Below are positions 1 to 11,615 of a DNA stretch of 64,000 nt, one piece after another (position 1 is the first letter of the stretch; each line of letters opens with the position of its first letter). The stretch comes from Eledone cirrhosa (taxonomy: Eukaryota): the NCBI GenBank assembly GCA_964016885.1, contig OZ024741.1, positions 250,976,001 through 251,040,000 on the forward strand, written 5' to 3'. A program made the position numbers and the translations under genes. The notes under the pieces were generated by a model. It searched no databases, was not told the DNA's origin, and saw nothing but the letters and a program-made list of their open reading frames with translations.

Positions 1-3000
1 ATAATTTCCAGCCGTCCAAGGGGAGATAATTTCCATCCAGCCAAGGGGAGATAATTTTTTTAAAAAATGAGGCGGAGATAATTTGTAAAAAAAAATCAGG
101 GTGAGATAATTAGTAAAAAAATCAAGGGGAGATAATTCCCAGCCGTCCAAGGGGAGATAATTTCCAGCCCTACAAGCGGCTATAATTTCCAACCGTCCAA
201 AGGAAGATAATTTCCAGCCAACGAAGGGGAGATAATTTTTTTTTAAATTAGGGGGAGATTTGTAAAAAAAAATCAGGGTTAGATAATTTGTAAAAAAAAT
301 CAAGGGGAAATAATTTCCAGCCGTCCAAGGGGAGATAATTTCCAGCCGTCCAAGGGCAGATAATTTCCAGCCGTCCAAGGAGAGATAATTTCCAGCCGTC
401 CAAGGGCAGATAATTTCCAGCCATCCAAGGAGAGGTAATTTCTAGCCGTCCAAGGGGAGATAATTTCCAGCCTCCAAGCGGAGATAATTTCCAGCCAGCC
501 AAGGGGAGATAATTTGTAAAAAAAATCAGGAGATAATTTGTAAAAAAAAATCAGGGGGAGATAATTTGTAAAAACAAAATCAAGGGCAGATAATTTCCAG
601 CCGTCCAATGGGAGATAATTTCCAGCAGTGCAAGGGGAGATAATTTCCAGCCGTCCAAGGGGAGATAATTTCCATCCTTCCAAGGGGAGATAATTTTCAG
701 CCGTCCAAGGGGAGATAATTTCCCGCCAGCCAAGGGAAGATAATATTTAAAAAAATCAGGCGGAGATAATTTGTAAAAAAAATCAGGGGGAGATAATTTG
801 TAAAAAAATCGGGGGGAGATAATTTGTAAAAAAAAATCAGGGGGAGATAATTTGTAAAAAAAAATCAGGGGGAGATAATTTGTAAAAAAAAATCAGGGGT
901 AGATAATTTGTAAAAAAAAATCAGGGGGAGATAATTTGGAAAAAAAAATCAAGGGGAGATAATTTCCAGCCGTCCAAGGGGAGATAATTTCCAGCCGTCC
1001 AAGGGGAGATAATTTTTTAAAAAAATCAGGCGGAGATAATTTGTAAAAAAAAAATCAGGGGGAGATAATTTGTAAAAAAATCAAGGGGAGATAATTTTCA
1101 GCCGTCCAAGGGGAGATAATTTTCAGCCGTCCAAGGAGAGGTAATTTCTAGCCGTTCAAGGGGAGATAATTTCCAGCCGTCCAAGGGGAGATAATTTCCA
1201 GCCGTCCAAGCGGAGATAATTTTAAAAAAAAATCAGGCGGAGCTAATTTGTAAAAAAATAATCAGGTGCAGATAATTTGTAAAAAAAATCAGGGGGAGAT
1301 AATTTGTATACAAAATCAAGGGGAGATAATTTCCAGCCGTCCAAGGCGAGATAATTTCCAGCCGTCCAAGGGGAGATAATTTACAGCTGTCCAAGGAGAG
1401 GTAATTTCTAGGCGTCCAAGGGGAGATAATTTCCAGCCGTCCAAGGGGAGATAATTTCCAGCCAACCAAGGGGAGATAATTTCCAGCCAGCCAAGGGGAG
1501 ATATTTGTAAAAAAAATCAGGGAGAGATAATTTGTAAAAAAAAAATCAGGGGTAGATAATTTGTAGAAGACATAAAGGGGAGATAATTTCCAGCCGTCCA
1601 AGGGGAGAAAATTTCCATCCAGCCAAGGGGAGATAATTTTTTAAAAAAAATCAGGCGGAGATAATTTGTAAAAAAAAATCAGGGGGAGATAATTAGTAAA
1701 AAAAATCAAGGGGAGATAATTTCCAGCCGTCCAACGGGAGATAATTTCCAGCCGTCCAAGGGGTGATAATTTCCAGCCGTTCAAGGGGAGATAATTTCCA
1801 GCCCTCCAAGGGGCTATAATTTCCAGCGTCCAAGGGGAGATAATTTCCAGCCAGCGAAAGGGAGATAATTTTTTTTAAAAAATCACTGTGAGATTTGTAA
1901 AAAAAATCAGGGGGAGATAATTTGTAAAAAAAATCAAGGGGAGATAATTTCCAGCCGTCCAAGGGGAGATAATTTCCAGCCGTGCAAGGGGAGATAATTT
2001 CCAGCCGTCCAAGGGGAGATAATTTCCATCCTTCCAAGGGGAGATAATTTCCAGCCGTCCAAGGGGAGATTATTTCCCGCCAGCCAAGGTAAGATAATAT
2101 TTAAAAAAATCAGGCGGAGATAATTTGTAAAATAAATCAGGGGGAGATAATTTGTAAAAAAAAAATCAGGGGGAGATAATTTGTAAAAAAAATCAGGCGG
2201 AGATAATTTGTAAAAAAAATCAAGGGGAGATAATTTTCAGCCGTCCAAGGAGAGGTAATTTCTAGCCGTCCAAGGGGAGATAATTTCCAGCCGTCCAAGG
2301 GTAGATAATTTCCAGCCGTCCAAGGGGAGATAATTTTTTTTAAAAAATCAGGCGGAGATAATTTTTAAAAAAAAAATCAGGGGGAGATAATTTGTAAAAA
2401 AAAATCGGGGAGATAATTTGTAAAAAAAAATCAGGAGGAGATAATATGTAAAAAAATCAAGGGGAGATAATTTCCAGCCGTCCAAGGGAAGATAATTTCC
2501 AGCCCTCCAAGGGGCTATAATTTCCAGCGTCCAAGGGGAGATAATTTCCAGCCAGCGAAAGGGAGATAATTTTTTTTAAAAAATCACTGTGAGATTTGTA
2601 AAAAAAATCAGGGGGAGATAATTTGTAAAAAAAATCAAGGGGAGATAATTTCCAGCCGTCCAAGGGGAGATAATTTCCAGCCGTGCAAGGGGAGATAATT
2701 TCCAGCCGTCCAAGGGGAGATAATTACCATCCTTCCAAGGGGAGATAATTTCCAGCCGTCCAAGGGGAGATTATTTCCCGCCAGCCAAGGTAAGATAATA
2801 TTTAAAAAAATCAGGCGGAGATAATTTGTAAAATAAATCAGGCGGAGATAATTTGTAAAAAAAAATCAGGGGGAGATAATTTGTAAAAAAAATCAGGCGG
2901 AGATAATTTGTAAAAAAAATCAAGGGGAGATAATTTTCAGCCGTCCAAGGAGAGGTAATTTCTAGCCGTCCAAGGGGAGATAATTTCCAGCCGTCCAAGG

Positions 3001-6000
3001 GAAGATAATTTCCAGCCTCCAAGGGGCTATAATTTCCAGCGTCCAAGGGGAGATAATTTCCAGCCAGCGAAGGGGAGATAATTTTTTTTTAAAAATCACT
3101 GGGAGATTTGTAAAAAAAATCAGGGGGAGATAATTTGTAAAAAGAATCAAGGGGAGATAATTTCCAGCCGTCCAAAGAGAGATAATTTCTAGCCGTCCAA
3201 GGGGAGATAATTTCCAGCCGTGCAAGGGGAGATAATTTCCAGCCGTCCAAGGGGAGATAATTTCCATCCTTCCAAGGGGAGATAATTTCCAGCCGTCCAA
3301 GGGGAGATAATTTCCATCCAGCCAAGGGGAGATAATTTTAAAAAAATCAGGCGGAGATAATTTGTAAAAAAAAAATCAGGGGGAGATAATTTGTAAAAAA
3401 AAATCAGGGGGAGCTAATTTGTAAAAAAATATCAGGAGGAGATAATTTCCAGCCAGCCAAGGGGAGATAATTTCCAGCCAGCCAAGGGGAGATAATTTGT
3501 AAAAAAAATCAATGGGAGATAATTTCCAGCCGTCCAAGGGGAGATAGTTTCCAGCCAGCCAACGGGAGATAATTTCCAGCCAGCCAAGGGGAGATATTTG
3601 TAAAAAAAAATTAGGGAGAGATAATTTGTAAAAAAAAAATCAGGGGTAGATAATTTGTAGAAGAAATCAAGGGGAGATAATTTCCAGCCGTCCAAGGGGA
3701 GATAATTTCCATCCAGCCAAGGGGAGATAATTTTTTTAAAAAATGAGGCGGAGATAATTTGTAAAAAAAAATCAGGGTGAGATAATTAGTAAAAAAATCA
3801 AGGGGAGATAATTCCCAGCCGTCCAAGGGGAGATAATTTCCAGCCCTACAAGCGGCTATAATTTCCAACCGTCCAAAGGAAGATAATTTCCAGCCAACGA
3901 AGGGGAGATAATTTTTTTTTAAATTAGGGGGAGATTTGTAAAAAAAAATCAGGGTTAGATAATTTGTAAAAAAAATCAAGGGGAAATAATTTCCAGCCGT
4001 CCAAGGGGAGATAATTTCCAGCCGTCCAAGGGCAGATAATTTCCAGCCGTCCAAGGAGAGATAATTTCCAGCCGTCCAAGGGCAGATAATTTCCAGCCAT
4101 CCAAGGAGAGGTAATTTCTAGCCGTCCAAGGGGAGATAATTTCCAGCCTCCAAGCGGAGATAATTTCCAGCCAGCCAAGGGGAGATAATTTGTAAAAAAA
4201 ATCAGGAGATAATTTGTAAAAAAAAATCAGGGGGAGATAATTTGTAAAAACAAAATCAAGGGCAGATAATTTCCAGCCGTCCAATGGGAGATAATTTCCA
4301 GCAGTGCAAGGGGAGATAATTTCCAGCCGTCCAAGGGGAGATAATTTCCATCCTTCCAAGGGGAGATAATTTTCAGCCGTCCAAGGGGAGATAATTTCCC
4401 GCCAGCCAAGGGAAGATAATATTTTAAAAAATCAGGCGGAGATAATTTGTAAAAAAAATCAGGGGGAGATAATTTGTAAAAAAATCGGGGGGAGATAATT
4501 TGTAAAAAAAAATCAGGGGGAGATAATTTGTAAAAAAAAATCAGGGGGAGATAATTTGTAAAAAAAAATCAGGGGTAGATAATTTGTAAAAAAAAATCAG
4601 GGGGAGATAATTTGGAAAAAAAAATCAAGGGGAGATAATTTCCAGCCGTCCAAGGGGAGATAATTTCCAGCCGTCCAAGGGGAGATAATTTTTTAAAAAA
4701 ATCAGGCGGAGATAATTTGTAAAAAAAAAATCAGGGGGAGATAATTTGTAAAAAAATCAAGGGGAGATAATTTTCAGCCGTCCAAGGGGAGATAATTTTC
4801 AGCCGTCCAAGGAGAGGTAATTTCTAGCCGTTCAAGGGGAGATAATTTCCAGCCGTCCAAGGGGAGATAATTTCCAGCCGTCCAAGCGGAGATAATTTTA
4901 AAAAAAAATCAGGCGGAGCTAATTTGTAAAAAAATAATCAGGTGCAGATAATTTGTAAAAAAAATCAGGGGGAGATAATTTGTATACAAAATCAAGGGGA
5001 GATAATTTCCAGCCGTCCAAGGCGAGATAATTTCCAGCCGTCCAAGGGGAGATAATTTACAGCTGTCCAAGGAGAGGTAATTTCTAGGCGTCCAAGGGGA
5101 GATAATTTCCAGCCGTCCAAGGGGAGATAATTTCCAGCCAACCAAGGGGAGATAATTTCCAGCCAGCCAAGGGGAGATATTTGTAAAAAAAATCAGGGAG
5201 AGATAATTTGTAAAAAAAAAATCAGGGGTAGATAATTTGTAGAAGACATAAAGGGGAGATAATTTCCAGCCGTCCAAGGGGAGAAAATTTCCATCCAGCC
5301 AAGGGGAGATAATTTTTTAAAAAAAATCAGGCGGAGATAATTTGTAAAAAAAAATCAGGGGGAGATAATTAGTAAAAAAAATCAAGGGGAGATAATTTCC
5401 AGCCGTCCAACGGGAGATAATTTCCAGCCGTCCAAGGGGTGATAATTTCCAGCCGTTCAAGGGGAGATAATTTCCAGCCCTCCAAGGGGCTATAATTTCC
5501 AGCGTCCAAGGGGAGATAATTTCCAGCCAGCGAAAGGGAGATAATTTTTTTTAAAAAATCACTGTGAGATTTGTAAAAAAAATCAGGGGGAGATAATTTG
5601 TAAAAAAAATCAAGGGGAGATAATTTCCAGCCGTCCAAGGGGAGATAATTTCCAGCCGTGCAAGGGGAGATAATTTCCAGCCGTCCAAGGGGAGATAATT
5701 TCCATCCTTCCAAGGGGAGATAATTTCCAGCCGTCCAAGGGGAGATTATTTCCCGCCAGCCAAGGTAAGATAATATTTAAAAAAATCAGGCGGAGATAAT
5801 TTGTAAAATAAATCAGGGGGAGATAATTTGTAAAAAAAAAATCAGGGGGAGATAATTTGTAAAAAAAATCAGGCGGAGATAATTTGTAAAAAAAATCAAG
5901 GGGAGATAATTTTCAGCCGTCCAAGGAGAGGTAATTTCTAGCCGTCCAAGGGGAGATAATTTCCAGCCGTCCAAGGGTAGATAATTTCCAGCCGTCCAAG

Positions 6001-7160
6001 GGGAGATAATTTTTTTTAAAAAATCAGGCGGAGATAATTTTTAAAAAAAAAATCAGGGGGAGATAATTTGTAAAAAAAAATCGGGGAGATAATTTGTAAA
6101 AAAAAATCAGGAGGAGATAATATGTAAAAAAATCAAGGGGAGATAATTTCCAGCCGTCCAAGGGAAGATAATTTCCAGCCCTCCAAGGGGCTATAATTTC
6201 CAGCGTCCAAGGGGAGATAATTTCCAGCCAGCGAAAGGGAGATAATTTTTTTTAAAAAATCACTGTGAGATTTGTAAAAAAAATCAGGGGGAGATAATTT
6301 GTAAAAAAAATCAAGGGGAGATAATTTCCAGCCGTCCAAGGGGAGATAATTTCCAGCCGTGCAAGGGGAGATAATTTCCAGCCGTCCAAGGGGAGATAAT
6401 TACCATCCTTCCAAGGGGAGATAATTTCCAGCCGTCCAAGGGGAGATTATTTCCCGCCAGCCAAGGTAAGATAATATTTAAAAAAATCAGGCGGAGATAA
6501 TTTGTAAAAAAAATCAGGCGGAGATAATTTGTAAAAAAAATCAAGGGGAGATAATTTTCAGCCGTCCAAGGAGAGGTAATTTCTAGCCGTCCAAGGGGAG
6601 ATAATTTCCAGCCGTCCAAGGGAAGATAATTTCCAGCCTCCAAGGGGCTATAATTTCCAGCGTCCAAGGGGAGATAATTTCCAGCCAGCGAAGGGGAGAT
6701 AATTTTTTTTTAAAAATCACTGGGAGATTTGTAAAAAAAATCAGGGGGAGATAATTTGTAAAAAGAATCAAGGGGAGATAATTTCCAGCCGTCCAAAGAG
6801 AGATAATTTCTAGCCGTCCAAGGGGAGATAATTTCCAGCCGTGCAAGGGGAGATAATTTCCAGCCGTCCAAGGGGAGATAATTTCCATCCTTCCAAGGGG
6901 AGATAATTTCCAGCCGTCCAAGGGGAGATAATTTCCATCCAGCCAAGGGGAGATAATTTTAAAAAAATCAGGCGGAGATAATTTGTAAAAAAAAAATCAG
7001 GGGGAGATAATTTGTAAAAAAAAATCAGGGGGAGCTAATTTGTAAAAAAATATCAGGAGGAGATAATTTCCAGCCAGCCAAGGGGAGATAATTTCCAGCC
7101 AGCCAAGGGGAGATAATTTGTAAAAAAAATCAATGGGAGATAATTTCCAGCCGTCCAAGG
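1..7160 (+). repeat. Tandem duplication of a 3,676-bp higher-order unit (1-3676; 3677-7160, second copy truncated and missing two B monomers, 55 bp)
   Basis: Identical ORF translations at offset 3676 (248/3924, 1233/4909, 2457/6133), then offset 3621 (2962/6583, 3089/6710). Marker GTAGAAGACATAAA at 1563 and 5239. The copies diverge at ~3540/7161. Confidence 0.95.
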
Positions 7161-8460
7161 AGAGGTAATTTCTAGCCGTTCAAGGGGAGATAATTTCCAG
7201 CCGTCCAAGGGGAGATAATTTCCAGCCGTCCAAGCGGAGATAATTTTAAAAAAAAATCAGGCGGAGCTAATTTGTAAAAAAATAATCAGGTGCAGATAAT
7301 TTGTAAAAAAAATCAGGGGGAGATAATTTGTATACAAAATCAAGGGGAGATAATTTCCAGCCGTCCAAGGCGAGATAATTTCCAGCCGTCCAAGGGGAGA
7401 TAATTTACAGCTGTCCAAGGAGAGGTAATTTCTAGGCGTCCAAGGGGAGATAATTTCCAGCCGTCCAAGGGGAGATAATTTCCAGCCAGCCAAGGGGAGA
7501 TAATTTCCAGCCAGCCAAGGGGAGATATTTGTAAAAAAAATCAGGGAGAGATAATTTGTAAAAAAAAAATCAGGGGTAGATAATTTGTAGAAGACATAAA
7601 GGGGAGATAATTTCCAGCCGTCCAAGGGGAGAAAATTTCCATCCAGCCAAGGGGAGATAATTTTTAAAAAAAAATCAGGCGGAGATAATTTGTAAAAAAA
7701 AATCAGGGGGAGATAATTAGTAAAAAAAATCAAGGGGAGATAATTTCCAGCCGTCCAACGGGAGATAATTTCCAGCCGTCCAAGGGGAGATAATTTGTAA
7801 AAAAAATCATTGGGAGATAATTTCCAGCCGTCCAAGGAGAGGTAATTTCTAGCCGTTCAAGGGGAGATAATTTCCAGCCGTCCAAGGGGAGATAATTTCC
7901 AGCCGTCCAAGCGGAGATAATTTTAAAAAAAAATCAGGCGGAGCTAATTTGTAAAAAAATAATCAGGTGCAGATAATTTGTAAAAAAAATCAGGGGGAGA
8001 TAATTTGTATACAAAATCAAGGGGAGATAATTTCCAGCCGTCCAAGGCGAGATAATTTCCAGCCGTCCAAGGGGAGATAATTTACAGCTGTCCAAGGAGA
8101 GGTAATTTCTAGGCGTCCAAGGGGAGATAATTTCCAGCCGTCCAAGGGGAGATAATTTCCAGCCAGCCAAGGGGAGATAATTTCCAGCCAGCCAAGGGGA
8201 GATATTTGTAAAAAAAATCAGGGAGAGATAATTTGTAAAAAAAAAATCAGGGGTAGATAATTTGTAGAAGACATAAAGGGGAGATAATTTCCAGCCGTCC
8301 AAGGGGAGAAAATTTCCATCCAGCCAAGGGGAGATAATTTTTAAAAAAAAATCAGGCGGAGATAATTTGTAAAAAAAAATCAGGGGGAGATAATTAGTAA
8401 AAAAAATCAAGGGGAGATAATTTCCAGCCGTCCAACGGGAGATAATTTCCAGCCGTCCAA
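7107..8460 (+). repeat. Tandem duplication of a 677-bp unit
   Basis: Marker GTAGAAGACATAAA at 7587 and 8264. ORFs end at 7257 and 7934 with the same translation. TGGGAGATAATTTCCAGCCGTCCAAGGAGAGG at 7134 and 7811. Confidence 0.9.
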
Positions 8461-9134
8461 CGGGAGATAATTTCCAGCCGTCCAAGGGGTGATAATTTCC
8501 AGCCGTCCAAGGGGAGATAATTTCCAGCCAGCGAAAGGCAGATAATTTTTTTTAAAAAATCACTGTGAGATTTGTAAAAAAAATCAGGGGGAAATAATTT
8601 GTAAAAAAAATCAAGGGGAGATAATTTCCAGCCGTCCAAGGGGAGATAATTTCCAGCCGTGCAAGGGGAGATAATTTCCAGCCGTCCAAGGGGAGATAAT
8701 TTCCATCCTTCCAAGGGGAGATAATTTCCAGCCGTCCAAGGGGAGATTATTTCCCGCCAGCCAAGGTAAGATAATATTTAAAAAAATCAGGCGGAGATAA
8801 TTTGTAAAATAAATCAGGGGGAGATAATTTGTAAAAAAAAATCAGGGGGAGATAATTTGTAAAAAAAATCAGGCGGATATAATTTGTAAAAAAAATCAAG
8901 GGGAGATAATTTTCAGCCGTCCAAGGAGAGGTAATTTCTAGCCGTCCAAGGGGAGATAATTTCCAGCCGTCCAAGGGGAGATAATTTCCAGCCGTCCAAG
9001 GGGAGATAATTTTTTTAAAAAAATCAGGCGGAGATAATTTGTAAAAAAAAAATCAGGGGGAGATAATTTGTAAAAAAAAATCAGGGGGAGATAATTTGTA
9101 AAAAAATCAAGGGGAGATAATTTCGAGCCGTCCA

Positions 9135-11615
9135 AGGGAAGATAATTTCCAGCCTCCAAGGGGCTATAATTTCCAGCGTCCAAGGGGAGATAATTTCCAG
9201 CCAGCGAAGGGGAGATAATTTTTTTTTAAAAATCACTGGGAGATTTGTAAAAAAAATCAGGGGGAGATAATTTGTAAAAAGAATCAAGGGGAGATAATTT
9301 CCAGCCGTCCAAAGAGAGATAATTTCTAGGCGTCCAAGGGGAGATAATTTCCAGCCGTGCAAGGGGAGATAATTTCCAGCCGTCCAAGGGGAGATAATTT
9401 CCATCCTTCCAAGGGGAGATAATTTCCAGCCGTCCAAGGGGAGATAATTTCCATCCAGCCAAGGGGAGATAATTTTAAAAAAATCAGGCGGAGATAATTT
9501 GTAAAAAAAAAATCAGGGGGAGATAATTTGTAAAAAAAAATCAGGGGGAGCTAATTTGTAAAAAAATATCAGGAGGAGTTAATTTCCAGCCAGCCAAGGG
9601 GAGATAATTTCCAGCCAGCCAAGGGGAGATAATTTGTAAAAAAAATCAATGGGAGATAATTTCCAGCCGTCCAAGGGGAGATAGTTTCCAGCCAGCCAAC
9701 GGGAGATAATTTCCAGCCAGCCAAGGGGAGATATTTGTAAAAAAAAATTAGGGAGAGATAATTTGTAAAAAAAAAATCAGGGGTAGATAATTTGTAGAAG
9801 AAATCAAGGGGAGATAATTTCCAGCCGTCCAAGGGGAGATAATTTCCATCCAGCCAAGGGGAGATAATTTTTTTTAAAAATTAGGCGGATATAATTTGTA
9901 AAAAAAAATCAGGGTGAGATAATTAGTAAAAAAATCAAGGGGAGATAATTCCCAGCCGTCCAAGGGGAGATAATTTCCAGCCCTACAAGCGGCTATAATT
10001 TCCAACCGTCCAAAGGAAGATAATTTCCAGCCAACGAAGGGGAGATAATTTTTTTTTAAATTAGGGGGAGATTTGTAAAAAAAAATCAGGGTTAGATAAT
10101 TTGTAAAAAAAATCAAGGGGAAATAATTTCCAGCCGTCCAAGGGGAGATAATTTCCAGCCGTCCAAGGGCAGATAATTTCCAGCCGTCCAAGGAGAGATA
10201 ATTTCCAGCCGTCCAAGGGCAGATAATTTCCAGCCATCCAAGGAGAGGTAATTTCTAGCCGTCCAAGGGGAGATAATTTCCAGCCTCCAAGGGGAGATAA
10301 TTTCCAGCCAGCCAAGGGGAGATAATTTGTAAAAAAAATCAGGAGATAATTTGTAAAAAAAATCAGGGGGAGATAATTTGTAAAAACAAAATCAAGGGCA
10401 GATAATTTCCAGCCGTCCAATGGGAGATAATTTCCAGCAGTGCAAGGGGAGATAATTTCAAGCCGTCCAAGGGGAGATAATTTCCATCCTTCCAAGGGGA
10501 GATAATTTCCAGCCGTCCAAGGGGAGATAATTTCCCGCCAGCCAAGGGAAGATAATATTTAAAAAAATCAGGCGGAGATAATTTGTAAAAAAAATCAGGG
10601 GGAGATAATTTGTAAAAAAATCGGGGGGAGATAATTTGTAAAAAAAAATCAGGGGCAGATAATTTGTAAAAAAAAATCAGGGGGAGATAATTTGTAAAAA
10701 AAAATCAGGGGTAGATAATTTGTAAAAAAAAATCAGGGGGAGATAATTTGGAAAAAAAAATCAAGGGGAGATAATTTCCAGCCGTCCAAGGGGAGATAAT
10801 TTCCAGCCGTCCAAGGGGAGATAATTTTTTTAAAAAATCAGGCGGAGATAATTTGTAAAAAAAAAATCAGGGGGAGATAATTTGTAAAAAAATCAAGGGG
10901 AGATAATTTTCAGCCGTCCAAGGGGAGATAATTTTCAGCCGTCCAAGGAGAGGTAATTTCTAGCCGTTCAAGGGGAGATAATTTCCAGCCGTCCAAGGGG
11001 AGATAATTTCCAGCCGTCCAAGCGGAGATAATTTTAAAAAAAAATCAGGCGGAGCTAATTTGTAAAAAAATAATCAGGTGCAGATAATTTGTAAAAAAAA
11101 TCAGGGGGAGATAATTTGTATACAAAATCAAGGGGAGATAATTTCCAGCCGTCCAAGGCGAGATAATTTCCAGCCGTCCAAGGGGAGATAATTTACAGCT
11201 GTCCAAGGAGAGGTAATTTCTAGGCGTCCAAGGGGAGATAATTTCCAGCCGTCCAAGGGGAGATAATTTCCAGCCAGCCAAGGGGAGATAATTTCCAGCC
11301 AGCCAAGGGGAGATATTTGTAAAAAGAATCAGGGAGAGATAATTTGTAAAAAAAAAATCAGGGGTAGATAATTTGTAGAAGACATAAAGGGGAGATAATT
11401 TCCAGCCGTCCAAGGGGAGAAAATTTCCATCCAGCCAAGGGGAGATAATTTTTAAAAAAAAATCAGGCGGAGATAATTTGTAAAAAAAAATCAGGGGGAG
11501 ATAATTAGTAAAAAAAATCAAGGGGAGATAATTTCCAGCCGTCCAACGGGAGATAATTTCCAGCCGTCCAAGGGGTGATAATTTCCAGCCGTTCAAGGGG
11601 AGATAATTTCCAGCC
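9135..11615 (+). repeat. Additional copy of segment ~3000-5480 (offset 6,136-6,137 bp)
   Basis: ORF pairs 3089/9226, 3432/9569, 3924/10061 and 4909/11045. Shared rare variants TTAGGGAGAG, GATAGTTTCC and CAGGGTTAGAT. Confidence 0.88.

Noticed and set aside
740-950. Phased A-tract intrinsic curvature (kinetoplast-like bent DNA)
   Set aside because: A-tracts recur every ~26-29 bp (~2.5-2.7 helical turns), not in phase with 10.5 bp, so bends would largely cancel.
1010-1035. TnAn palindromes and poly(T) tracts as intrinsic terminators
   Set aside because: There is no GC-rich stem directly ahead of the T tract and no transcription unit. These are junction variants of monomer B.
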